From Eledone cirrhosa (taxonomy: Eukaryota): a DNA stretch of 64,000 nucleotides. This document shows positions 24,479 through 39,175 of the stretch, one piece after another (within the stretch, counting starts at the first letter, position 1; every line of letters starts with the position of its first letter). Where the stretch lies: the NCBI GenBank assembly GCA_964016885.1, contig OZ024740.1:182156001-182220000 (forward strand). The letters run 5' to 3'. The notes beneath the pieces are model-generated. The model was not told the DNA's origin, ran no database searches, and saw only the letters and a list, made by a program, of their open reading frames with translations. Position numbers and translations under genes: made by a program.

Positions 24479-25159
24479 TTAGTTTCGAGACGTTTGTTTC
24501 CTGCGCCTGCCCACCTGGGTAGATTCTTGCCGGGTCTGGGATGAATGGTTAGTTTTCGGATGTTTTTTGCAGAGCCTGCCCGACGGGGTGTTAAAGCTTG
24601 ATGCAGGGAGACTCGGTTTACGGTTTTCACTCCTCGTTCTTATTCCATTGGAGAAGGATATTTTTAAGCGGGGTGTACAGCTTATCGTCGTTTCAGCTCT
24701 GCTGTTGATGAGATCGTGGGGTACCGTGATGATATGGTAGAGCTCCATGAGGCAAAGCTCGCACTTCCTCTTGAGGTTGTACGGTGCAGCTCTGCCGACA
24801 ATTTCGCAGTGCGTGGAGAAGCTGAAGTTTGAGTATTTTAATGCTGTGATGTAGTTCGCGAGCGAAGTGGAGTGTCTTAGTTTCTTGTTTCCGAAAGAGT
24901 GAAGATGGGTTCGAAATCTATTTTTGAACGGGCCAGAGGTAGCCCCTATATAATGTTTAACGCTATTATGGCTAATTACGGTGCACCTATATATAACCCT
25001 ATAAGTCAGGTAGTTACCCCTAAGGGGGCAGCGTCCCCTGTCGCGGCAGTTGCAATTTCGGTCGCGGTCCCTTCTAGTTCCCACGGCAAGGCTATTATTA
25101 TTGCTATCTGCGTTGTTATCTGCGCTCCTACACCTGTCATTAGCACCATTATAACCCAT
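24479..25159 (-). CDS. Penelope-like CxCx5C linker + GIY-YIG endonuclease (truncated)
   Basis: NCNCRDRGRCPLRGN, VIYRC...HYIG...FKNRF..H and KCELCLMEL...LINSR. Homologous to the C-terminus of 7123-8403. Confidence 0.88.
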   Translation of the reverse strand: MGYNGANDRCRSADNNADSNNNSLAVGTRRDRDRNCNCRDRGRCPLRGNYLTYRVIYRCTVISHNSVKHYIGATSGPFKNRFRTHLHSFGNKKLRHSTSLANYITALKYSNFSFSTHCEIVGRAAPYNLKRKCELCLMELYHIITVPHDLINSRAETTISCTPRLKISFSNGIRTRSENRKPSLPASSFNTPSGRLCKKHPKTNHSSQTRQESTQVGRRRKQTSRN

Positions 25160-25302
25160 TGAGTGCGGGGTGGTACCATTATTATTCTCCCTTGACCTAC
25201 TGCAAAATCAATACATGTTTTTTACGAAGAATGAATTCTGACGTGAACTTATCTCTAAAAACCCATTCCGGGTCATGTAAGGAACGCTTTTTAGTTGTTT
25301 AT

Positions 25303-25342
25303 GCCCTTGAGAAGCCCATTCGGGCGAAACGTACGTAGGTGC
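25303..25342 (+). ncRNA. Minimal type I hammerhead ribozyme, U3-A8 variant
   Basis: GCCC TTGAGAA GCCC-ATTC-GGGC GAAA CGTACG TA GGTGC. Stem I can be extended by TGTTTAT/ATAAACA across an internal loop. Confidence 0.72.
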
Positions 25343-25545
25343 TATTTTAAATAAACATGTTTTAACGGTTTGTTCTCCTTTATTTACGTCTCCACGTGCT
25401 TACGCTCTGCTAATTCTCTCGCCCACTAGATATTAACATTTCTAATATTTAACACTGCCGGCACTAATATTGAGCACCCTCTGCATACGCTATTGGCAAA
25501 TAACTACATGTAACGCCTTTCCCTCCTTCTCTCTCTCGATACCTA

Positions 25546-27110
<1,565 letters not shown>

Positions 27111-27299
27111 TTTAGTTGTTTATTCTAATTTTGTAAACAGTCTATGAGTTATTACTATGTGGCTTTAGCAATAACGAATGAAGTAGAAAAAAGAAAATGT
27201 AAAAGCTTGAATCATCAATAATTTATCACTTGTTTATAATTCTAAACAATCGTTGCTCCATGATAAACTGCTATTCACTATTTGTATTTATGAAATGAT

Positions 27300-27474
27300 T
27301 GTGTTTAGAGGTACCATATTGCTGAATAAGGTTTTAGAGAGTTTAGAGTGTGTGGGCCATAATTTGTTGTATGTTGAGGTACCATACAGCTGAATAATGT
27401 TTAGATAGTGGAGATTGTATAGTGGAAAATATGTTGTGTGTCGAGGTACCATATAGCTGAATTATGTTTTAGAG
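27300..27474 (+). repeat. ~68-bp degenerate tandem repeat x3
   Basis: GAGGTACCATA..GCTGAAT.A.GTTT(T)AGA near 27308, 27376 and 27443. Confidence 0.75.
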
Positions 27475-28017
27475 CAGTGGTCCCCAACCACCGAGCCACA
27501 GAGTGGTGCTGGTCAGTGGGTCATTTGCTACTAGGCCGCAAAGAAATAATTAACTTATTTAAATTCATATAATAGGTAAATTGAATATTGGACTTTAACT
27601 CTTTAGCATTCAAACCGACCCTATTCGGCAAGAATTCTATCACCTCTTTCTGTTCAAACCGACTGTAACCAGCTACTCGTACTGACATTAGGGCATTGTT
27701 CTCAAAATAAATAATATCAAAATCTCAGATTCGAAATTATGTGGGATATTATGTGAGATAAAGTGTTTATCATAAAAATACAATAGTATATATAGAGTAA
27801 TGTAAATGCTAAAGGGTTAATTTAAAAAGACTTGTTTAAATATTCAATATTCATTGACTCAATACTATCTATCATAACTGTAAGTAAATTTTATAATTGT
27901 TTCTACTGTTTATAATTAATGTATGTTTTAAATAACACATATGTGCAACTAGCAGTCCATGGAAAGATTGTCCTTCATGAAGCTGGTCAGTGGTATAAAA
28001 AATGTTTGAGACCACTG
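27475..28017. mobile_element. hAT (Charlie-like) MITE
   Basis: TIRs CAGTGGTCCCCAAC / GTTTGAGACCACTG. 8-bp TSD TTTTAGAG / TTTCAGAG with one mismatch. Confidence 0.8.
27595..27820. mobile_element. piggyBac-like MITE nested in the hAT MITE
   Basis: TTAA-CTCTTTAGCATT ... AATGCTAAAGGG-TTAA. A second copy lies at 52811-53038. Confidence 0.82.
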
Positions 28018-28159
28018 TTTCAGAGAGTAGAGAGTGTATAGTGGACAATCTGTTCTGTGTTGATGTATCTATATATATAGTGATCAATTCTATCTAAGTA
28101 CAATATCCAAACTGTTATTTTCTTTGACTAAATGTTTGTACATACGATGAACAATCTCG

Positions 28160-28478
28160 TGTATGTACAGTGAACAAACTGCTGTGTATACTGTGAACAA
28201 CCCAATGAGTCTACAGAGAACAATTCATTTTTTGTGCAGTGAAGAAACTGGTGTGTGTACATTAAAGAAACTGCTGTGTGCAGTGAATATTCTGTTTTGT
28301 GAACAAACTATTATGTGTACAGAGAACAAACTACTGTGTATACACAGTGAACGAACTCATGTGTGTACAGTGAACAAATCATTGTGTGTGCAGTAAAAAA
28401 TTAATGTGTGCAACGAACTATCTTATGTGTGTACTGTGAACAAAATGCTGTGTATAGTGAACAGACCTTTGTGTACAA
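28160..28478 (+). repeat. ~22-bp minisatellite (GTGTACAGTGAACAAACTGCT-like)
   Basis: More than ten degenerate tandem units. Confidence 0.85.
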
Positions 28479-30380
28479 TAAGCATATTAATCTATTGTGT
28501 AAATAATGGTAAGCTATAGTGTACTCAGTAAACAATTTATATAAATTGATCAGGGAGCCTTCCTTATAAATCTGAGTGTGTACATTGCCAAAACAAAAGA
28601 AAATAAGCCTGTTTCTTCTCATAGATGCCTAATTGAAAATAAAGAAGGGTTTGGAGAGATTTAATGTTGTCTAGCCCCCAAATTAGCGCTGACCAAACAG
28701 CTCTTTGATTAAAGGTGCACTAGCTCATCATCCCGTCATCTTCTGACAGCTTATTTCAGACTGGAATATCTAATATGACCTTTTTTTAAAGACTGTATAG
28801 AGATGTTAAAAAAGTTATAATAATACTGTTTACAGAAAATAATTTTTTTTTAATAAAAAATTAGTGTTTTCTTCTGTTATCAGTTTTATTTTCTCTTTAG
28901 CTTTGTTTTGATAAAATTAGTTAGAGATTTCTACAAATTTTTACCTTTTGAATGGAATCTTAAAGTTTGATTTCGATAATTTTAGAACATTTTCTGTCTA
29001 GCTTTGATAGTCAAATTGGAGGAAGTGTCCATATTATATATTTCCTTAATCTGTTATTGTTTAGGACCAGGTTAGATAGCAGTAACAATAGTCTCTTATT
29101 CTTTCAGGCAGTCGCCATTGAGTACAGTATTTTGTTTTTAAGACGGTATGTGCTATTTTTAAGAGGTTAAACGACTGCATTAAAACTCACATGCTGGCAT
29201 ATAGTCAACCTCTTTAACCCTTCTGATACCAAACCACCTGAAACTGACCCTGGTTCTATGATATAATACTATATATTTTAAGTGTTTATATTATGTTTAA
29301 CTAAAAACCTCCCATCATAAGTTTATGTAAGAAAATGTGTTAAGTTATATTTCAAATATCAGCTTAATAACGATAAAGTTAGAGTTATATTACTAAATCT
29401 TTCTAAATTATTTATTTTTATTTATTTTTTTTTTTGGTAAACCAAATACCACCAATCAGGAAGGCCTAAAATGATCATAGTATTATCCTTCCTCTTCTTA
29501 ATTTCTAAAAATGAAGAAACACATCAGACATTAATGTTCCATATCTTAAACTGGCAACATAAGTCCTGTATAAGTCGTTACTGTTTAATTAGCTACCTCT
29601 GTGTGAAAATGTTGCTTAGGCTAGCAGCAGCTAGAAAAAACTTGAGATGAAGAGAAGCTGAACTTTCAGAACTTTATAAAAAAGACGTTACTGAATAAGG
29701 TTTATGCTGTATATTTGAACATGTGAGAGACAATATGTCTATGAGGGGAAATTGCTGGATTTGGTATCACATTGTCCTAAATTAAAATCATTTTACAGGC
29801 ATTATATAGTTCTGTTGAACACCTAAACAAGGTTTGTGACTCTAATTGTTCCACTTTGCATGACTAATTTTAAAAAAACTGCTTTCTCTATTTCATATTT
29901 GAGTGGTTAGCAATTGGATGCACACTTGGCAGTTAAAACAACTGCTACATTTTTGAAATGTTAAGAGCTATAGATACTGCTAATTATTAAAACAGTTTGG
30001 TCAATGAGTAAACAAGGAAGCTTCTTCATGTTTAATTGATCTACTTCAAAATGCAATCATAACTTGCTCAAATCACACACCACTTCCTTTAAATAGAAAA
30101 GGGTGTATTGGGAAATGTATTCTTAGATAGACTCTGCCTTAAACAAGAAGTATGGTCACAACTGAAATGTATTTGATCTTAGATTTACTTAATCTAGGTT
30201 GATGTAGAACTACCAAACAATAACAAAAAATTGCTCCACACAAATATACCACCCCCTCATGTCAAAATGAATGGCCAAACAGAGTATTTTCTTCCTGACT
30301 TGTGTTTTAGTTAGGTATATTTATCTCACTGATCTTCATGCATCTAACTGTTAAAATAAATAGATATATCTAAACAAAAA

Positions 30381-30663
30381 GTCTAAGGTCAGTCTCAAGC
30401 CTGGGGGCTCATCATGTCATCGCTTATCCCAGTTTCTGTAGCACTAAGTGACTAAGAGTGCAAAACTACTCACTGGACGGGATTCCAATCCATCGTAGGG
30501 TTAAACCCCCAGCTATTGCTGGTACTCATTTTCAGCTGAGTGTACTGGAGCAATACAAAATGTAGTGTTTTGCTCAAGAACACAAAGCACAACACAGTCT
30601 ATGTATCAAACCCATGGTATTAAGATCATAAGTCCAATTCCTTTACCACAAGGCCACATACCA
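30381..30663 (-). mobile_element. tRNA-derived SINE with V/Meta-like central domain
   Basis: The minus strand has a tRNA-like head, GTGTTCTTGAGCAAAACAC...TGCTCCAGT and CTACGATGGATTGGAATCCCGTCCAG. A degraded relative lies near 59390-59630. Confidence 0.65.
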
Positions 30664-31345
30664 CCATTAGATTTACATAAATAAACTTTCATGCATATGA
30701 ATGAATTTACAGATCTGTAAATGCACACGTATTTATACAATATGCTTCTGTACAGTTTCCATCTACTTAATTACATGCAAGGGGATTGGTCAGTATTGAG
30801 CTATACTAAAAAACTCAGCAGAATGTTCCATACAGAGGGATTAAAACCAGCATCACACTATTAAGTGAATGTATTCACAACATAGCCATACCTGCACCAC
30901 AAAATACTCAATGGTCTAGTATTTTTCATTCCCCATATTTCTGATGTAAATAAAAATCATCAGTGTTGACAGTTGTATTTTAATAACTGAGAAATATATT
31001 TAAGTACAGTTTTTCCTTTTTATGTTGAAACTCATCTGTTGAAAAGAAGAACAAATCACTACTATTTAACTTTTAATCTTATATCTCAGTAAAATATAAT
31101 TTTTGTTTAAATGCTTTCTAACCTGATTGATTATCTAGAAGATATAGGATAGAAAATCTTAATAGATCTCTAAATAAATAACTAAATAGATAAGTAAATT
31201 AATAAATAACAACAATAATACCAAAAAAATAAATCAAGGATTAGATTAGGCACATGTTTTCCTTGGGCCATAATAATGTATTTATTTCATTTCATTGCTT
31301 TGTAATTATCTACCTTTCTTCTTCTACTTCTTCTTCTTCTTCTTC

Positions 31346-31377
<32 letters not shown>

Positions 31378-34300
31378 GGCGACCTACGTAGTAAATCGTA
31401 TTATTGTGAGCTCCGCAAAGGTTTGTTATTTTCAGTTGTTTAAAATTGCCATTCATGGAACATTTTTATTGTTAACTGTATATAAGTGCACATACATTGT
31501 TATCTGAAAATGACACCCAAAAGGATTGGGGCCTTGAGCCAAAAATTTAAACTTTTATAATTATCAAACAAAATTTTTTCTTTGAAACATCATGGCTGAC
31601 TCAGAGTCACTCCTTTCTCACAAACTAACACCTCACACCGACACCACCATTGTAAATATTACTACATTTGCCAACATTAAAAATATAAGCAATAGCAATA
31701 TTTTAAATTTGTCTCAGGCAGACATTCATTTCACGCCATTACCATTGACTGCAGGTGTTAAAGCCGCCATCACCAGACCACCGCGACAACCCCCCCCCCC
31801 CCACAATCACCGCGACAACAGAAACAAAAGAAAAAATAAATTAACTCGTGTTATCGAAATGAATTCAACCAAAATGAACTCTTCCACACCGAACACCACT
31901 GACGCCACCACCACCACAACTGAAACTAAAATTAATAACAAAAATAACGATAACAACAGCAACAATGACATTAAGAAAACCACCCTGAGTTTTGCCAGAG
32001 TAGCAAAACAGTGCGAAGCATTTCAGGTAACTCAGGAGGAATTAGAAGAAGCCAAAAAAATGGTAAAGAAAGATAGGTACAGGGTCAGCCCCCCCCCCCC
32101 CCCCGACACACACACACACACACACCTAATAAAATGGAGCATCGGCGCCTACGCACCGTGTCTTATCGAACAGTTAATATAAAATCGTGCCGAGTGGAAC
32201 GGGCATCCGAGTCCCAAATCCAAAAAGCTTTGGGACATGTGTGGGCAAAAAAGCCCCACATCAGACGTGGGCAAAAATATGGAACCGTGGACGTGTTCTT
32301 TGAAACACTACAGGAGGCTAGAGAACACTCCATGGCCCCATTAAGAAGTGACGACTTCACACTCGTCCCAAGCTATTGTGGCCAGAGACTCGTAAAAATC
32401 ACGTTCCACCGGCCATCGAAATTCCCTGGCTAATAACTGCCGTCCTCGCCGGCATCGAAGCCAACACCAAGATAATCGAAATAGTGAAAGAAAAGCAGGA
32501 GAACTGGTCCGGATCAGGCATGGAGCTACTGATCCAAGCGGACCAAAAAGCATTGAGGAGATCCCAGAGGTAATAGACCTCACTGACGGCAGCCACCTCA
32601 CCGTAATTGTCGAGGGCAGAAGGCCTAGGTGTGTCGTTTGTGGTGAAGGAACCCACCTAAGGGCTTTCTGCTCTCAGGCTAAAAGGTTGAGGCCACCTCT
32701 CCTACCCACCCCAGTGACACAACCATCAACACCACCAGTAGCAGAGATGGCAGCAACAACTGTAGCAGCAGCAACAGAAGCAACTGTAACAGCCACAACC
32801 TCAGCAACAGTAGCAAAACCAACACCACCACCACCCAACGCGCCAGAACTAGCACCAGCGCCTACACCATCCACCACGTCATAACCAAAACTAACGCCTG
32901 TGGAGGATTTTCCACTCCCCGGCCTATCACAACTGGAGACAGATTGTGACAACGAGGAGTGGGAAACGGTATCAGGAAAAAAGAAAAAAAGAAACCAAAA
33001 AAGAAAAAAAATTCTCTTCCTTCCCCCTCCAAAAACAAAATACAGAAGGAAACAAATAAACTATCAAACAAAAAAGTTAGGACAGATATGCCACCATCCA
33101 CACCAGCATCACCAACCACCAACACCATCACCATCATTAACCCCAAGACCACCATCACCTACACCACAAAAGTCACCAAAAAGCGAAACAGAAACAAACC
33201 CACAACAAACACAAACAAAACAAAACAACCAAAATGATACACACTACACAGCATTAAATTAGAACAACAACCAATTATTACACTACATCCAACACAACAC
33301 CAGCATCACAGAAAAAGACTACGTAACAACCCAATAGTTCACACCACCTCCACACATACAAATCACTCGCATCACACAGAAAACGTACATGATACTAAAA
33401 CAAAAATTCCCCAAAGACATCGGAGACTTCCGACAAGCACTCTTCAGGAGGATTTATAAGGACATCCTTCCTGAGGAGGCCACAAGCAGTGAAAAGGATG
33501 GAGAAACGGTCGTTCCTCTACGAGAAGTAAGGTAAGTGGTGATTTCCATCTTTTCCACTCCATTTCAACATGACCTCACTCAGAATAGGCAGCATAAATG
33601 CGCGTGGCTTGGGGTCGTCATGGAAGCAGGGCCACCTGCTCAACGACCTCAGGTCACTAAACATAGATGTAGTGGCCATCAGCGAGACCAGAATCTCCGA
33701 AGCACGGTGTGCTTGACTTAGATAGGCTTCATAGACGAGGACCGGGCTAGTGGAAGCTAAACGCGTCCTTACCAGCGCGCAAGTCCTACAGAGACCGGAT
33801 TAGCGAACTAGTTAAGCGGGCATTAACGGGGGATATCGTCAACAACAAGTGGTGGTTTGCTCTGAAAAGAGCAATTACAATAGAGTCCATTAGTTTTAGT
33901 AAGGCTTTAGCAATAGAGAAAAATAGAGCAGAGGGAGAATTAGTTAGAAAATTAGACGACGCGCTTAGCAAAGGCATCGCGACCGACGTACTTGCGGCGA
34001 AATTGGCCCTTGGCCAATTCTTCAATGCAAAGCACGAAGGCTGCGTTGTCAGAGCTAGGGTGCGTGCTCTCAGACACGAGGGGACGAAAGCCGTTCAAAG
34101 GGCCCGAGTGGCGGAGGCGCGTCGTGGCAACAAAGCTACGATCCGGCCTTTGGTTGACCACGACGGGCGCATACTACACGATCCCGGGAAAATGTGTGCA
34201 GCTTTTCAGCGACACTTCGCTCAACTGTTCGGGGGCAGCGGCGGGCCGGATCGAGGGATGAACTTTAGTGTCTACCTCGACGGACTGCCGCGTTTCTCGG

Positions 34301-36669
34301 CCACTGAGACGGAGGGTTGCGAAAAGCCGATAACAGCCGCTGAAGTACGGGAGGCAAAGGGGTAAATCGCCTGGTTTGGATGGTCTGCCCTATGAACTTT
34401 ACGTACAGATGCCAGACTTGTTCGGAGGCCTCTTGGCGGACGTCTACTGCAACTGGCAACAGAACGGGTGAATTCCCAGATCTGTGAACCGAGGAGCTGT
34501 GGCGCTGCTGATAAAGGATCCGATCAAGGGGGATAACATAGATAATTTCCGGCCCATAACTCTGCTAAACACAGAGTTCAAGATTTTGGCCAAGGTGCTA
34601 GCAAAGAGGTTGGCGCTTGTCGCTGGTGGTCTGGTGGGAGAGGCGCAGACATGCGCCATTCCCGACAGATCCATCCACGATAACCTCCACCTCAAGCGAT
34701 ACATCGTAGAGAGGGTAGCTAGGGAACCTGGCACGGGTTTTACAATTTAGATCAGTCGAAAACTTTCGATAGGGTCGACCATCGTTACCTAGCGGCAGTC
34801 CTGAGGGCGGCTGGCTTTGGGCCCGTCTTCAGAGGCTGGATCGCTGCCATGCAGCGACATTTGCTCTGTGGTGAGAGTGAACGGTCACCTTTCGGAACCG
34901 TTCAACATCATGCGCTCGGTCCGCCAAGGATGTCGCCTCTCATCCCTCTTGTACGTATTGACTCTCGAGGCATTACTGCACAAAACTGGAGACGTTGACG
35001 GGGTCCCGCGCGAACTAGGATGCGGAAGATCACTGTCAGCATATGCGGACGATGTCACCGTAGTGGTGTCCAACGCCAAACACATCGAGGCGATCGGCAC
35101 TACACTAAGAGAATATGAAGCGGTGACAGGAGCAATGATCAACCAGGAAATGTCAGTGGGCCTGCAGCTCGGCACCTGGAGAGGCAGGTCCATGCCGTCC
35201 AACTGCGTCGTCAGGCGCTGAACGGACGGACCGGTTAAATTGCTAGGGGTCTGGTTCGGTCCGGACCTCCAGACGGACAAAAACTGGGACGATGTGACGA
35301 ACACGGTGGCTTTTCTCACCCAGAAATGGGCGGAGAGGAAGCTATCCCGGAAAGGTCTAGCTGAGGTGGCTAACGCGTACATCACGTCCGTCATCTACTA
35401 CCGCATGACCGTCTTACCCGTCCTAAGCCCCGCCTGACTGCGCTGGAGCGTTTGCTCATTCGCCTTTTGTGGAAGGGACGCGCTCCGATGGTCAGGCGGT
35501 CCATCTGCTGTCAACACCCGCTACGTGGAGGGCTGGGCATGCCGTGGCTGATGATGCGCAGACACGTGCTCAGGCTACGACATCTCCACCTCTTCCTCGA
35601 CAGTGATCAGGTGTAATCGTGGTTTGCTAGACGCAGCTTTCCCCAGCTCGTCTCCTTGACGGAGCTGCAGTCCTGGGTCAAGCGAAGACCGAGAGGGAGC
35701 GCTTGGAGACTGGAATGTCTTCAAGCGCTCACAGCCCTCGACCAATCGGGTAATGTGATCGGTGGAAACTCCACCTTGGCGTTCTATAGAGGATTAGTGG
35801 AGGGGAAGAGCGACGACGTATTAGGGGAAACTCTAGGCGTCGACGAAAATCAACTAGCCAATCTTTTGGGAAGAACTTTCGGGCTGGGGCCTATGGACAA
35901 CTTCCAGAAATCCTTGGCCTGGCAGTGCTACCGAGGAGCTTTGCCAGTTCGGGATAAACTCTACAGGCATGGAGGTGCCGTCAGCCGGGCATGTCCGAGA
36001 TGCGCGCAGTGTGACGAAACCGTCCTGCACGCACTCGTCCAGTGTCCGAGCATTGCTGACTTGTGGGTTTATGTCGAACACTTGGTGTCGCATGTAGGAC
36101 GGATCCAGCTATCAGCTGAGTCCATCATGCGGATTGCCCTGCCTTCTTCCTTTAGCCGGGAAGGGCAGGCAGATTTCTACACAAACTGCCACAGTCTGGT
36201 GGCCACGGCGAAGGAGATAGTATGGTGGACACGTTTGAAAGGGCTGAAGACGAGCACTTACCTCTTCGGTGATGCCCTGATTAACTTTTTCAAATTTCAT
36301 TTGAAAAGGAAAATCAGGGTAGAGAGGGAAGTACTCTCTTCCCAGCATTTTGTTGAAAGATGGGTGAGAGAGGCAAGAATGGCCCGAGTGAATGGGCCTA
36401 CTCTGAGTATGTGTCTGTAAATTATAGGTGGAAAACTGGGAGAGGGCACTTGCCCTGGAAGTCAGGGTCACTGTGGCTTTTTAATGGGCTTTCTCCACGA
36501 ATGCCCCTCGGAAGTCTCCCCCTATTGGGGAATTGTTTTTATTGTTCTATTATTACATCCTCTTTTTCTTGTTTTTTACATTCAGAAATGCCCATTTGTA
36601 CCGTCCTGTATTGTCCTGTACTGTCCTTAATGTCTACTTTATGTAAACCCTTGTGGTTAATAAAGAAAA

Positions 36670-36670
<1 letters not shown>
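31378..36670 (+). mobile_element. Tx1/L1-clade LINE, copy 2 (both ends present, endonuclease deleted)
   Basis: ORF1 31592-33535 and ORF2 33570-36420, both frameshifted. RT motifs FRPITLLN, VRQGC and AYADDV, plus a C-terminal CPRC...HALVQC. Flanked by (TTA)n on both sides. Confidence 0.93.
33570..36420 (+). pseudogene. Tx1 ORF2 remnant (RT retained, ~535-bp endonuclease deletion at ~33707)
   Basis: Fragments 34003-34365, 34484-34750, 34817-35221, 35240-35437 and 35656-36420. Confidence 0.88.
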
Positions 36671-36702
<32 letters not shown>

Positions 36703-37089
36703 CATTATCATCATTATTATCATAATTTGCCTTGGGTTTTTTTAGAACTTTTTTAGTTAGTCTTCTTTTAATAGTGTATTTATATTTGTTTTTCTGAGGA
36801 TTGATATTATCAGAGAATTATGATACCAAAATCCGAAATCCCTCAAAATAAAAGTCTGAACTTTTGGAGCTAGCAAAATGATAAACAACAAAGAGATAGT
36901 AATCTTTTGGTATAAACCTAATTAATTGTTTCTGGAGGAATAATTTTTGTGATGGTGGGTAGAAGCTAAATCGAAATTGGCATTTTTCTGTAAATTAATT
37001 ACAAAAAAAATGTGAGTCTTAGTGATCGCTATTTATTTGTTTGTGCATGCATGTGATAGAGATTAAGTGTTTCATTGTAATCATAATGA

Positions 37090-37305
37090 GGTTAGTGGAC
37101 TGGCAGTATTGGTAGAGCATTGGACAACGTTTAGTGGCATAGAGTTACATCCCTTTGCATTTTGTGTTCAAATCCCACCAAAGTTAACTTTTCATTGTGT
37201 CATTTCTGGTTGGATAAAATAAAGTACCAGTCACTTACTGGGTTCAATGTAATCGACTTTCTCTTACCGTCAAATTGTTGGCCCTGTGCCTAAATCAGAA
37301 AACTT
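37090..37305 (+). mobile_element. tRNA-derived SINE (diverged)
   Basis: TGGCAGTATTGGTAGAGC, GTTCAAATCC, GATAAAATAAAGTACCAGT and GGCCCTGTGCCTAAA; same family as 60889-61076. Confidence 0.8.
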
Positions 37306-39175
37306 TACTATAATCATAAGTAACATGCCTGTCTTTCCATGCTAGCCTGGGTTGGAGGAAATATTTTGAGACAGATTTCTACACAAACTGCCACTTGTTT
37401 TTAAAGTAAAGTGCACATTTTTCTTCATCTAACTATCTAACTGTTGAACACCAGGTACTGTGTTTACATGGAACATAAACAAATAGAGCCACCTATGATA
37501 TTGAATTGCTTTTTGTCTCTAACCTGAATGTAGTGTGTGTGTTCCATTGAATGTGTAATGTTAGTATCCATAAATTACATAGAATAAGCAAGCTAAGAGA
37601 AAAACTTGTCAAGGGCACAGCAACTTCTCTAGTGTTGGTATCGCTATAAATGCTTGAACCTAGCACACTATGTAAATTGACTAGCGATAGGAAGTGAATC
37701 CAACTGTAGAAAGTTGCATAAAAAGGGATTAGAGGGCTCTTCAACTATGTAAAAAACTTGACAACCTCCCAAATGTTGACAACATGATAAAATGTACCTG
37801 GTGTGTGAGGTGAGCATATGTAAGTCTGATGCAGTTCCTCAGCCCATCTGAGAGCCCAGTAGCCCTAATCACATTGGCCTGGGACAACCCTCCTCAGCTT
37901 TCACTAGCAGGAAAAACAGATTAAATGATAATTATGTTGTTGTTGTTGTTGATGATGATGATAATATTTTATATTTTGGAATTGGATTAAATCTCAAGTG
38001 TTATCTCAAATTACCAACAAACCAAGAATATTTTATTTCAAAAATAGTAATTAGTTTAAAGTAAAGATTTTATATTAATTTTAGTGAGATGAAAAATAAA
38101 TATAAACATACTATTAAAAAATGTAACAAAACATCTTATTTCATTTAAAGATATAGGTGTTTATCTTTTTTAATTTTTGTGCAAAATTGTTTTGAAACAT
38201 GTACTGTGATTACATTTAGGAAGTTCATTGCTGTAATGATTTTAGCTTCTGGATATTTCATATTTGGAATAACTGAGTAAATATAGTCTATTGTATATTA
38301 TTTTAAAATATTTCAATTTCAATTTTGTTTTTAAAACTTGACAGTTATTCTTGATGTAAACATACACTGTATGAAATTCAGTTGCATCAAACAACTTTTC
38401 CTATAAAAATCCAATATTCTTGGAGATAGAATCAAGCAAAATATAATAACCAATATCTTATTGAGATTATATACATTTTTATAGAATAACTACATTTTTT
38501 TAAAGAAAAAAAAAAGGAAAATAGGTCCATGATTATTTTTTGTTTTAAATTTAGTTAAGAAAATATTGGTTATTATTTTTCAGAAATAAATTAGTATTAG
38601 TATTTGTTGGGTTATTGGAGGAGATATGGCAAGGTATTTGTATATTTTATATAACTTGTAAGGTGGATGAACCTATCATTGAAAATCATTTCCTCCAAGA
38701 TTCTTTCATCATACAACTAAAAGGAGAATTCTAAATGCAACAAGGTTTTTTCTGTAACGAAATGCTTTTTTATTGAAAAATTGAATCTTGATCCCCTTAA
38801 ACCTTTTGATACAAAACCACATGGAAATACAATACAAAACTGTTTGTTTTAAAGTTTTATGTCCTTCCACCATAATGTTATGTTGTTATCATGATATGTT
38901 GTTATCATGTTATGTTGTTATCATGTTATGTTCTATCATGTTATGTTTTACAAACATCAAATAAATGATGAGAAAGTTAGATATATTAAATACTTTCAAA
39001 TTCATGGTTACTTTCAAAATTATTTGAAAATCATAGGAAATATCTTTCATGAGAAATATGGTAATGAAAGGATTAAACATGTTTGCCCCTATCATTTTTT
39101 CTTTGTGAATTATTGTTGTAGTAATTTATATTATACAATATATTAGTTGCATCATTGTTTTTAGTTAGTAAAGAA

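Noticed and set aside
25225-25290. SECIS-like ATGA...AA...GA in the Penelope pLTR
   Set aside because: The helix pairs poorly, the loop is too long, and the ORF has no in-frame TGA to recode.
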